NCBI GenBank assembly: GCA_965205505.1
Contig: CBDBHB010000008.1
Coordinates: forward strand, 928,001 to 992,000
DNA length: 64,000 nt
Direction: 5' to 3'
Source of the DNA: Acidobacteriota bacterium
Lineage (GTDB): Bacteria > Acidobacteriota > UBA890 > WLXD01
In this document: positions 10,027-20,136 of the stretch, piece by piece
How the letters are laid out: each line of letters begins with the position of its first letter
Numbering within the stretch: the first letter of the stretch is position 1
Notes under the pieces: model-generated
What the model was told of the DNA's origin: nothing
Database searches by the model: none
Seen by the model: only the letters and a program-made list of their open reading frames with translations
Program-made: the position numbers and the translations under genes

Positions 10027-12012
10027 TCAGGTTCGCTCGGCCCAGGGATATTGGAACTCGGGCCGAATGACGTCGGTGATCAGCTCTTGGACCGCACGGT
10101 GCGCCTGGTCGAACGCCGCCTGTGTAAGACAACTCGCGGCCGCGTCGGAGTTCGCGATAGCGATCCGCCCGAACCGCTTACGGCCCAATACCCAGGGAGC
10201 CTCGTCGTACCCCCAGTCGGGGTCGAAGAGGTCATTGCCCGCTCCCGCGTACCCGTGGGGCCAGCGGTTGACGAAGATGGCCTCGATGTCCCGGGCGGGA
10301 TCGAAGCCTCCCTCCCCCAGGGCACGAGCAAGCTGATCCCTGATGCCACGCTCGAACGTTTCGAACGACATGGCCAGAAGCTCCTCCCGTACGGCCCGCC
10401 ACTGGTCCCGTACGGGGAGCCCCGGAGCGATCGGAGATGCCCAGAGCCCTACGACGACCGGTTCGTCGGGCAACTGGGCGGTCTGGTAATCCCCGAAGCT
10501 GTTGCTGTAACCGTCAAGACTGACACTTTCGAAGTAGGCGCCCGGGCAATGGATGCGCGCCACACCGAGCCGCTCGAACGCTCGCCAGCCGCGAACCACG
10601 ACGTTTCCCGCAACGAAGGGTCTGCGCACCGCCATATGCAGGTGTTCTTTCTGGTCCTCCGGCAGCTCGGGACACAGATACGGGACCACCGAGTTGTAGC
10701 ACGCCATCACGCAGGTACCTGCGCGCACGCGATGCGCCTGGCCGTCCCGTACGTACGTGATCTCCACCGCGTTCGCCTTTGCCCGTTCGCCCACGTGGTG
10801 AGCATTCACCACCGTGCTGTTGAGACGGATGCGCACGTCGTTTTCCGCCCGGTCGAGGGTCGAATACCGGACCCGCGTCGGCACCGAATCGTTCATCGTC
10901 TCGCCCGGTAGCGAACCCGGAATCAGCCAGCGCACGAGCAGGCGGGCGACGCCAGCGTTTCCGTCGGGGAAATGCATGCCATCGAACGGATTCTCCAGCC
11001 CGTGGAATCCGTCTCTCGGCGGCGGCTCCCCGAGCCCGAGGCCCTGCAGCCCGGGTAAACCGCTGTACCGGAACGCAGCCCATCCGCTCAACGTATCGAT
11101 ACCGGCGATGCCATTGGCATCCGGGGCGCGGCGCTTGAAGAAGGGGATCACGTCCGGGTGGACGCCGACGACGTTCAGCAGATAGTCCTGATAGCTCATC
11201 TTGCGGAGCCGAGCGATCTTCTCCTCCACCGACAATCCGGGGAAGTAATCCTCCTGCGTCTGGTACAGCTTCGCGATGTCCTTCTGCACCCGGTCCGAGA
11301 GCGGCGTCTTCTGAAGCCATTCCGTCCACGCCTCCGGCTCGTCCGATCCGGGCACTCCTACAACCAGCCGATCCTCACCGAACGTCTCCTCGTCGAACAA
11401 GACCGCGCTTCCCAAACCCGGCTCTCGCGCCCGTAAGCTTCGTCCCACGTTCGCACGCCTGTACACCTCCGCATCCAGACCGATGTCGTGCATCAACTCC
11501 AGGCCTTCGTACGTATAGGCTCCCGTGATGTACGTCGTGCCTCCCCAGCCGATGACCTGGCGCCCGTCGACCATGGCCTCGTTCCGCTTCGCGTGCCCTC
11601 CGAAGTCGTCATGGTTCTCCAGAATCAGGACCCGAGCCTCAGGCATCGCCTTCCGGAAGTAGTAGGCCGCTCCGAGACCGCTCAACCCGCCACCCACCAC
11701 GATCAGGTCGTACTCTTCCCCTGTTTCCTGCGGGTCGTCCCACGTCTCGCCGAGCCGCATGCCATGAGCCACCTCGAACGACCCCGGATGGCTGCCCCGC
11801 ATCCCCGTACGTGTCGGCGGATAGTACGTCTCCTGGCTCGCAGATTGATCGACAACTGGAGATGCGGCCGGAGCCAGCCGGGCATCGCGCCCCTGCGCCC
11901 CCACATCCCCCGGCGCAACGACCGCTCCCGCGATCGCGATGCTCGTTCCGCTCACGAAGTCGCGACGGTTGATTTCCCGGTTCATGCCCAGCTCACGATC
12001 GCTCTTCTTCAT
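10027..12012 (-). CDS. Spermidine dehydrogenase (SpdH)-like Tat-exported FAD oxidoreductase
   Basis: INRRDF leader, YYPPTRTGMRGSHPGSFEVAH, VVGGGLSGL, DDFGGHAKRNE, NRWPHGYA, RIAIANSDA. Confidence 0.88.
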   Translation of the reverse strand: MKKSDRELGMNREINRRDFVSGTSIAIAGAVVAPGDVGAQGRDARLAPAASPVVDQSASQETYYPPTRTGMRGSHPGSFEVAHGMRLGETWDDPQETGEEYDLIVVGGGLSGLGAAYYFRKAMPEARVLILENHDDFGGHAKRNEAMVDGRQVIGWGGTTYITGAYTYEGLELMHDIGLDAEVYRRANVGRSLRAREPGLGSAVLFDEETFGEDRLVVGVPGSDEPEAWTEWLQKTPLSDRVQKDIAKLYQTQEDYFPGLSVEEKIARLRKMSYQDYLLNVVGVHPDVIPFFKRRAPDANGIAGIDTLSGWAAFRYSGLPGLQGLGLGEPPPRDGFHGLENPFDGMHFPDGNAGVARLLVRWLIPGSLPGETMNDSVPTRVRYSTLDRAENDVRIRLNSTVVNAHHVGERAKANAVEITYVRDGQAHRVRAGTCVMACYNSVVPYLCPELPEDQKEHLHMAVRRPFVAGNVVVRGWRAFERLGVARIHCPGAYFESVSLDGYSNSFGDYQTAQLPDEPVVVGLWASPIAPGLPVRDQWRAVREELLAMSFETFERGIRDQLARALGEGGFDPARDIEAIFVNRWPHGYAGAGNDLFDPDWGYDEAPWVLGRKRFGRIAIANSDAAASCLTQAAFDQAHRAVQELITDVIRPEFQYPWAERT

Positions 12013-12089
12013 TTCATATCTCCTCGAGCGTCAAGGTGTGGGCAGTGAGACAGCGCCGCTGACGCAGTGATCGAAGAATTCCCTTGGGA

Positions 12090-12249
12090 CAACACACAGC
12101 TGTAGAAGTCTGCCGTGGCCAGGCGATCCCTGTCTACCTCGATGCCCAGACCGGGTCGATCCGGTGCCACTACTCTCCCGCGGCCCAGTAAGTTGCCGTT
12201 CTTCATTCCAAACTCGAAGGCCTCCTTGGGCATCGGCGCTTCGAAGTAC
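12090..12249 (-). pseudogene. 3' remnant of a mandelate racemase/enolase-superfamily gene
   Basis: YFEAPMPKEAFEFGMKNGNLL...RPGLGIEVDRDRLATADFYS is nearly identical to the C-terminus of 20137-21447; cut at the IS3 end. Confidence 0.85.
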
Positions 12250-14763
12250 TGACCTGACCCCACGGTTAGTACCACGTCTTATCTCAGTAACTCGGTGCTT
12301 GACCCCAAGGGGTTGTTGAGTACCAGGCGAAGTTTAGGATTCGGTAGTTCCGAAGCTTCAACAACAGCCAGCCTCCTGGCGAACTCGGTGGTTCGATCGC
12401 CCAGTGAGCTGTGCGGTCTGCATGCGGTATTGTACTGCAAGCCTCCAATCTCTCGATCAGAACCTTTCGCCTCGCGTGAGCGATCGTAGAAGATCAGGTC
12501 GGCGTTGAGGCATTCGTCGCGAAGCCGTCCGTTGAAACTCTCGACGAACGCATTCTCCACGGGCTTTCCCGGCCGAATGAAGCTCCAACTGCACGCCTCT
12601 TCGGTACGCCCAGGAGTCCATCGCCTCGGGAGTAGAATTCCGAGCCATTATCGACGGTGATGACCCGTGGCAACGCCCCGGCAAACGACAGCCTACTCGA
12701 GTGCTCCAGCCACCGCCTTGCCGGTCATCGACACGCTTCCGGCTCACGTAACGGACATTCACGGCTAAACTGATCGACCACCGTCAGCACCCGAAACGGC
12801 CGGCCACTCTCGAGCCGATCGGTCACGAAGTCCATGCTCCAGCGCTCGTTGGGCCGCTCTGCGGGCGGCAGCACAAGCCGTATGTGACTCGCCCGCTTGC
12901 GCCGTCGCTTTTTGGTCCGTACCTCCAGCCCCTCCTCTCGATAGATCCGCTACACTCGCTTGTGGTTCACTACCCATCCCTCGCGGCGTACGCAACACGC
13001 ACAACCTCCGATACCCGAACCGCGGACGCGTCGCGGCGAGCTCGCCAAGACGACGCCGCAGCACGGGGTCGTCCGGTCCTTGTGCTCTGATACCGATGGC
13101 TGGTGCGCGACAACTCGATCAGCCGACACGCTCGACGCTCACTGACACGGAACCCAGTCCTGCAGGTACCGCACCACCTCGCGCTTGCGCGCCGGCTTCA
13201 CACCTTTTTTGACAGCACCTCCTGGAGCATGTGCTTGTCCAAGCTCAGATCTGCCACCAGCTGCTTCAACTTCCGGTTCTCATGGCGGAGTTGTTGTAGC
13301 TCCCGAAGTTCGGCCACAGCCCATCCCGGCGAACTTGCGGCGCCACGTGTAGAACGTCTGCTCGCTGACGCCCAGCTTGCGACACACCTCCTTGATACCC
13401 GGCGTGCCCGCCTCAGCCTGCCGCAGCGCGTAGGCGATCTGCTCGTCCGTGTACCTCTTCCGTCTTCATCTGTCCTCCTGCTTGGAGGACGACGGTACAC
13501 CGATTTCCTAAACATGTACCCTGGCACCGTTTTCGGGGTTTGGGTCATGCTGACAAGGGGTTGTTGAGGCCGGCGAAGCGGAGCGTAGCCGGCTTCAACA
13601 ACAGCGCCTCCGGGGCCGGTGGTCGGTAGCCCAACGAGCTGTGCCGGTCGCATGCGGTTGTACTGCTGCCTCCATCTCTCGATCAGAACCTTTGCCTCCT
13701 TGAGCGTGTAGAAGATCTCGCGTTGAGCAGCTCGTCTCGGAGCTTGCCGTTGAAGCTCGACGTAGCCGTTCTCCCACGGCGAGCCCGGCTCGATGAACAG
13801 CGTGCCCACACCGCCTACCGAGCCAGTCGCGAACCGCCTCGGCGGTGAACTTCCGGTCCGTTATCGGACCGGATGTGCTCAGGTATGCCCCTTCTGCACG
13901 AACAACCACCCGAGCCGCTCGAGCACGTCCTCCAGTTGAGCTTCCGTGCCACGTCGATCGCCAGGCTTTCTCGTGTGTACTCATCGACGATCGTCAGCAG
14001 CCTCATAGCCCGACCCTCGTGCGTCCGGTGATGAACGAAGTCGTACGCCCAGACGTGATCTTTGCGCTGTGGTCGCAGCCGGATGCACGAGCCATCGCTG
14101 AGCCACAGCCGGGCTCGTTTGGGCTGCTTTGTCGGTACTTTCAGCCCCTCACGCCTCCAGATACGCTGCACTCGTTTGTGGTTCACCCACCAGCCCTCCA
14201 TACGCAACTGACGCCGTCACTCGCCGATACCCGTAGCGCCCGTATTGTCGGGCTAGATCCACGATCCGCTCCGTACAACATCTGCTCATCGCCCGGTTCT
14301 CTTGGCATGTACCTGTGTGTCGTGCGTGGTTGTTTCAGTACCCGGCACGATCCGCCTCTGGAGACGCCCAGCCGCCCCCGTACAGGTGCGCCACCGCCTC
14401 GCGCCGTCGAGCTGGGCTCAGAAGTTTCCCTCCGCGACTTCCTTCAGGATCGACAGGTCGAGCTCTTTCTCCGCCACCAGTTTCTTGAGCACGGGCGTTT
14501 TCTTTCTCCAGCTGCTTGAGCCTTCTGGCCTGGTTGACCTTCAGCCCCCCGCTCCCGCAGGCCACCGATAGGAGGTGTGCTCGGTGATCGCTAGCTTGCG
14601 GCAGGCATCCTTGACCGTCCCGCCTTGCGCCTGCTCCACTTCAGCCTCCCGGAGCTTGCGTACGATCTGCTCGGCGCTGTGCCTCTTCGTCGGCATTCTG
14701 ACCTCCCCTTTTCGACCCAGATCGCTGAGATTACCTCTGGATCCGTTTTGGGGGGTCAGGTCA
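12250..14763 (-). mobile_element. IS3-family element (outer), degraded and interrupted by a second IS3
   Basis: Ends TGACCTGACCCC and GGGGTCAGGTCA; OrfA MPTKRHSAEQIVRKLREAE from 14696; OrfB WAYDFV, IRSDNGPE, PGSPWENGYVE; many frameshifts. Confidence 0.9.
12300..13547 (-). mobile_element. IS3-family element (inner) with 4 bp target duplication
   Basis: Ends TGACCC and GGGTCA flanked by TGCT at 12296-12299 and 13548-13551; OrfA ending LSLDKHMLQEVLSKKV with A6G slippery site; Orf[19 protein letters not shown]. Confidence 0.9.
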
Positions 14764-14949
14764 GCCGACCGCGTGTGACGATCTTTTGTTGCGCCGACCA
14801 CTCGCCACCCGGGCGGCTCACCGGATCCGCAGGCAACCTTGCGCTAGCCGCTTGATGTACCCGAGTCCTAACCCAAGAAAGCGTACCCATCTGCAGACGG
14901 AAAGTACCCGCTTCCTTGCAGTTGCTCGCCGCTCTGGCCCCATGAACCT

Positions 14950-15396
14950 TTGTTGCCTTTTGCACACGTCGAGATTTGCGTTCCTAGGCCAATTTATGGT
15001 TATCCACAGTCACCAAGACACATCGGGGAGCACATCAAGAGGCGCAGGATCGGACTGGGCCTGCGTCAGAGAGACGTTGCCGAACAGATAGGCGTCACGA
15101 GTCGAACGACCATCAACTGGGAATCAGGCGAGACGCAGCCTGCCGTCCGGTTCGGCCCGCAGGTCGTGAAGTTCCTCGGATACGACCCTCTCCCCGAACC
15201 GACTGACTTCGGCCAAGAAATATGGAAGCTCCGATGGCAACGGGGTCTCACTCAGCGCGAACTGGCAGCCCAGTTACACACGGATGACAGCGTCGGGCGC
15301 GACTGGGAACGAGGAGAGCATCTGGCGGGAGCTAGGCTACGCCCTCGGCTGGAGGCGCTGATGCGGGAGTTTCTCGTCAAGGCCGAGGAGACGTAG
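14950..15396 (+). CDS. Double HTH XRE-family regulator
   Basis: [21 protein letters not shown]...NWESG and [16 protein letters not shown]...DWERG. Confidence 0.8.
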   Translation: MLPFAHVEICVPRPIYGYPQSPRHIGEHIKRRRIGLGLRQRDVAEQIGVTSRTTINWESGETQPAVRFGPQVVKFLGYDPLPEPTDFGQEIWKLRWQRGLTQRELAAQLHTDDSVGRDWERGEHLAGARLRPRLEALMREFLVKAEET

Positions 15397-15523
15397 CCGT
15401 TCTCGTAACACCCACCCCCAACGCGAGAGTGGGCACCGCAACGATCGTGAGTCCTGGCGACCAGCGTAGGGCGCGGAACGCATAGCGGAGATCCTGCGAC
15501 CAGCCGCTCATCATCATCGCCAT
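15397..15523 (-). pseudogene. N-terminal remnant of an acidobacterial ADOP/MacB-like ABC permease
   Basis: [34 protein letters not shown]. Confidence 0.75.
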
Positions 15524-15548
15524 GTCGTCGTTGACGGACTTCCGCAGA

Positions 15549-16745
15549 TCAATCCTGAATCAGCTCGCGGAAACTAGGGCGATCCCGCAGGGCGATCAGA
15601 TCGTCGTCGAGCGCTGCTTCTGAGCGACTGAACCCAGCGTCGACCGCACGCGAAATGCCTTCGAGCGCGTCGTTGAGTCGACCTGCGAGAGCGTGGACCA
15701 CGGCCAGCCGGTACAGGGCGTCGGCGTTCCGCGGCTCGAGGTCGATCGCCGGCTGCGCGTGGATCGCGGCCTCAGCATGGTTCCCCAGCTTGGCCAAGCA
15801 CAGGCCCAGAAACACGGCGCTGTTCGGATTGACCTGCAATCGCTCTCGCGCGATCTCGATAGCCCGCCCGTAGGCAGCAACCGCATCGTCCTCCCGAGGC
15901 AGTTTGCGATAGGCGTCGCCGAGGTTACGGTATCCCACGGCGTCTTCCTCGAGCTCCAGCGATTCGGCGAAAGCGGCCGCCGCGGCCTCATAGTTCTCCT
16001 GCCGATAGTGAATCACCCCGAGGTTGGATAGAGAGGCTGGGCTCGCTCCGATGGCGATCGCCTTCTCGTAATTGACGATCGCCTCGTCCAGCATGTCCTC
16101 TTGGTGGTATGAGACTCCCAACATCTGGTGGCCCCAGGCAAGATCAGGCTGCAGCTCGGTGATCCGCCGAAAAGACCTCCTGGCCTCCGAAAACTCGCCC
16201 AACCTGTAGTGAAACACGCCCAGTTCGCGATGGTTTCGCCAAAAGTCCGGGCGGATATCAATCGCGGTCTTGATGGCATCCACTGCCTCATCGACCAATC
16301 CCTGGCCAGCGAGAATGCGTCCGAGAAGCCGATGCGCCTCGTCGTAGCGTGGCTGCAGCTCGAGTGCTTCGTTCAATTCCACCAACGCCTCGTCGTGGCG
16401 CCCCATACCTTCATAGATCACCGCGAGGGTCTGGCGGACCTCCGGATGCGTTGGATCACGACGTCGAGCCTCTTCGGCCGAGCTCATCGAGAGCTCGATC
16501 AACTGCTGATCCAGGGTGTCTCGATACGTTTCCCAAAGCGCCTCCGCGAGGCCTGCGTGCGCCAGCGCGAAGCTCGGGTCGCGCTCGATCGCACGCTCGA
16601 ACAGGCGGGCTCCCCGATCGAGGTTCCCGGCAACGTCGGGGCGCTCCAGAAAGGCCCGACCCTGCGAGTATTCGGCATAGGCGTCTCTGTCGCGCGTCGG
16701 CGGCCGGTTGAACCGTTCGATGTCTCCCGGCCGCAGGGGGTCCTT
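15549..16745 (-). pseudogene. 5'-truncated TPR protein (C-terminal module of a kinase/wHTH-TPR type protein)
   Basis: Frame stays open upstream of 16502 (DAYAEYSQGRAFLER...AIERDPSFALAHAGLAEA) with multiple TPRs and no convincing start. Confidence 0.75.
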
Positions 16746-17504
16746 GCTGCATGCGGCGTTCTCGCTGCCCCTACGCCACTCATGCAGGTTGGTGTGATTG
16801 TCTTCGGTGGGCTTGTAGGGCTCATGTTTCTCAAATCCTAGGCATCAGCGGAACATGTGTCGCTCGGCATCAATGTCAGCCGCGGTCTCGCGGTCGCATC
16901 ATTGCTATTGTTCTTCGCCGCACTGATCGGGCTGCCAATACTCGCAACGGCATATCCGTCTCAGACGCTCGCTCTCGTCGAAAGTTTCTATTCGTCTGGA
17001 TCGCTTGTGTTTGGTGGTGGTCACGTTGTGTTGCCGTTACTGCAATCGTCTGTTGTCCCGCCCGGTTGGGTTTCAAACGATGCGTTCCTTGCCGGGTACG
17101 GTGCGGCCCAAGCGGTTCCCGGCCCTCTCTTTACGTTCGCGGCTTACCTTGGAACCGTGCTGGAGCCGGTCCCCCATGGGCTGACCGGTGGACTTATTTG
17201 TCTCGTGGCAATCTTTATTCCGTCATTTCTGCTTGTCGTCGGTGCCCTGCCATTCTGGGATGCATTGCGGAAGGCCAAGGCGATGCAGACGGCGCTTCTC
17301 GGTATCAACGCCGCTGTTGTCGGGCTTCTGCTCGCAGCCCTATACAATCCGGTATGGACGAGCGCGATTCTGTCGTCATCGGATTTCGGGCTGGCGATTA
17401 GCGCGTTTACTTTGCTCGTGTTCTGGAAATTGCCGCCGTGGCTTGTTGTTATTCTGACAGCGTTCGGTGGCTGGGCGGCCGCGGCGCTTCCGGCGATGTT
17501 TTAG
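16745..17504 (+). pseudogene. chrA: Chromate transporter ChrA, C-terminal half only, with in-frame stop at 16839
   Basis: GSLVFGGGHVVLPLL, FLAGYGAAQAVPGPLFTFAAYLG, GINAAVVGLL. Confidence 0.85.
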
Positions 17505-17606
17505 CAAGGTTGGACAAGTGATGTTCATGAATAGGAAGGCTCACGGATATTTCTCCGCGATCAGCCCCAGGGCTCCTTCACGACGCGGTCGTGACCTAGC
17601 AGGGTG

Positions 17607-17869
17607 CTGAGTCAGAAATCCGTTGCATATTGTGGCGAGCGCGACCGAGGCGGATCCCAGGAGGCGCGACGACGGCGATGCAATAAGCATCGTCGAGGAG
17701 TGCCGACGCCGGAGGCGTCCGGTCCCGCCGCCACCCGGAAGGTTGGGCCGATATGGGGGCAATCTCGGCGTTGCGATTCGTCGACGAGGGGCGTGGCATC
17801 GCCATCCTCATCGCGCCTTGAGCTTGCCCCCATCTCGGCCCAGCAATATGCAACGGATTTCTGACTCAG
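17607..17869. mobile_element. MITE-like element with perfect 26 bp terminal inverted repeats
   Basis: CTGAGTCAGAAATCCGTTGCATATTG (17607-17632) and its reverse complement (17844-17869); CTAG close to both sides. Confidence 0.85.
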
Positions 17870-17873
17870 GACA

Positions 17874-19844
17874 CTAGGTTCTCTCCGCCCACGGATACTG
17901 GAATTCGGGTCGAATGACGTCGGTCAACAGCTCCTGGACGGCTCGATGGGCCTGGTCGAACGCCGCCTGCGTGAGCGAGATCGCCGCCGCATCTGAGTTC
18001 GCGATCGCGATGCGCCCGAACCTCTGGCGCCCAACGACCCACGGGGCCTCGTCGTAGCCCCAATCCGGATCGTATAGATCGTTGCCTCCCCCGGCGTAGC
18101 CGTGCGGCCAGCGGCCGACGGTGATGCCGGCGATGTCCCGGGCCGGGTCGAAGCCGCCCTCGCCGAGGGCACGGCCGAGCTGGTCGCGGATGTTGCGCTC
18201 GAAGGTCTCGAACGGGGTCGCCAGCAGCTCCTCGCGCCCGGCGCGGAACTGGTCGCGCGCCGACAAGCCGGGACGGGTCGGAAGCCGTTGTAGCCACAGC
18301 AGGATGGGTTCCTCGGGCGAGGCCGAGTGGCGGTAGTCGCCGACGTTCACGCCCCAATCCAGATCGATGAACTCGCAGAATCCACCCGGGGTGTGGATGT
18401 CTTGGATGCCGAGATTCTGGAAGGCAGTCCAGTTGCGGATCGCGACCTGCGTGTAAACGTAGGGCTTGCGCACGGCCATGCGTAGCGCCGAGGCCTGCTC
18501 GGCCGGCAGCTCCGGGCACAAGAAGGGGATCATGGCGTTGTAGCAGGCCATGACACACGTATCGGCGGCCACCGAAAGCGCCTTGCCGTCCTGCACGTAC
18601 GTCACCGTCACGCCCGACGACGCGCGACGCTCACCCGCGTGCCGCACACCGACAACGGTGGAGTTCAGGCGGATTCGCACAGGGCTCGTCGGAAGGTCGA
18701 GTTGCGAATAGCGCACCGGCGTGGTCACCGAGTCGTGCATCGTGCTCCCGGGCAGCGCCGACGGGATGAGCCAGCGCACCAAGAGGCGCGCCACCCCGGC
18801 GTTGCCGTCGGGAAAGTGGACTCCGTGGAAGGGGTTGCTCTCCGTCCCGGCGTTTCGCGGGGGCCGCGGCAGGCCGAGTCCCTGGAAGCCGGGAAACGTA
18901 TCCTCGCGAAACGCGCCCCAGGAGCTGTACGAATCGATGCCCGCCGCTCCGTTCGCGTCGCCCCGCTGCCGCAGGTAAGGGATCACATCCTCGCTGACGC
19001 CCACTACGTTCAAGACGTAGTCCTGATAGCTCATCTTCCGCAGACGATCGACCTTCTGCTCCACCGTGAGCTCCGGCAGGTAGTCGGTCTCATCGGCGAA
19101 CAGCGTCAGGATGCCGCGCTTGGCGTCGTCCGAAAGCGGCGTCCTGGACAGGTACTCCGTCCACCGCTGGCGCCCTTTTTCGCCGATCACACCACTGGAG
19201 AAGGAGCCCCAGGGCTCGCCAACGACGAGTCGATCTTCACCGAACACTTCGCGGGTGAAGAACACTGCCGACTGGAGGCCCAGTTCGTCATACAGGCTGC
19301 CGGAGCTGCTGCGTGGCAGGTTCGCAGCGTCGAGGCCGATGTCCTCAAGCAGCGAAACGCCTGCCGGGGGGTAGTGGCCGTCGATGAACTGGGTTCCGCC
19401 GTAGCCGATCAGCTGTCGGCCGTCGACATCGAACTCTACGCGCTTCGCATGCCCGCCGAAGTCGTCGTGGTTGTCGAGGATCAGTACGGAGGCGTCGGGG
19501 AGCGCTTTGCGGAAGTAGTAGGCGGCGGCAAGGCCGCTCAGTCCGCCGCCGACGACGACCAGGTCGTAGTGCTCGCCCAAATCCGCCGCCTCGTCCCAAG
19601 TCTTCCCGTATCGCATCTCGTGGGCGACCTCGAAGGAGCCGTCGTGGCTTCCCCGCATGCCGGTCAGCCGCGGCGGATAATAGTCGCCTGAGGCTTGCGG
19701 TACGGTGTTCTGCTGAGCCTTGCTGCGGGCATGAGCGGTCGATGAAGAGAACACCGCCCCGCCGATTGCTACGCTGGCACCGTCGAGGAAGTCGCGTCGT
19801 GTGATCTCACGATCCATCCCGAGCTCACGGTCCTTCCTCTTCAT
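17874..19844 (-). CDS. Second SpdH-like Tat-exported FAD oxidoreductase
   Basis: MKRKDRELGMDREITRRDFL after a GAGGAGG RBS; same motifs and identical C-terminus (TDVIRPEFQYPWAERT) as 10027-12012. Confidence 0.88.
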   Translation of the reverse strand: MKRKDRELGMDREITRRDFLDGASVAIGGAVFSSSTAHARSKAQQNTVPQASGDYYPPRLTGMRGSHDGSFEVAHEMRYGKTWDEAADLGEHYDLVVVGGGLSGLAAAYYFRKALPDASVLILDNHDDFGGHAKRVEFDVDGRQLIGYGGTQFIDGHYPPAGVSLLEDIGLDAANLPRSSSGSLYDELGLQSAVFFTREVFGEDRLVVGEPWGSFSSGVIGEKGRQRWTEYLSRTPLSDDAKRGILTLFADETDYLPELTVEQKVDRLRKMSYQDYVLNVVGVSEDVIPYLRQRGDANGAAGIDSYSSWGAFREDTFPGFQGLGLPRPPRNAGTESNPFHGVHFPDGNAGVARLLVRWLIPSALPGSTMHDSVTTPVRYSQLDLPTSPVRIRLNSTVVGVRHAGERRASSGVTVTYVQDGKALSVAADTCVMACYNAMIPFLCPELPAEQASALRMAVRKPYVYTQVAIRNWTAFQNLGIQDIHTPGGFCEFIDLDWGVNVGDYRHSASPEEPILLWLQRLPTRPGLSARDQFRAGREELLATPFETFERNIRDQLGRALGEGGFDPARDIAGITVGRWPHGYAGGGNDLYDPDWGYDEAPWVVGRQRFGRIAIANSDAAAISLTQAAFDQAHRAVQELLTDVIRPEFQYPWAERT

Positions 19845-20136
19845 GTTTCCCTCCTCAACCAGGGGTTTGCCTTCCTCTTTCGCGCTCATCCCGTCCCCTA
19901 AGCTCTCTCCGCCGATGAGCTCAGAGAGCTGGCAAGTCCTTGACCATTCGCACTCTATCGCCGGCAGCGTCTAGCATCAAAGGAGTACGCCAGTCCGCGA
20001 CACGCGAGACCGCTGGGCGCGCCCGTTGCCCCTCGCCAGGGGGGATGGCAATCGTTCTTGGGGGCCCAGTTGGATCCTTTCAGACCCGCCTCACAGAATC
20101 CGCCTCACGATCGGTCCCTCATGGTACGGTCCACCG

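Noticed and set aside
16839-16841. In-frame TAG in chrA (and in the integrase) as pyrrolysine or readthrough
   Set aside because: Both genes are also truncated, TAG is a normal stop throughout the window and no pyl genes are seen.
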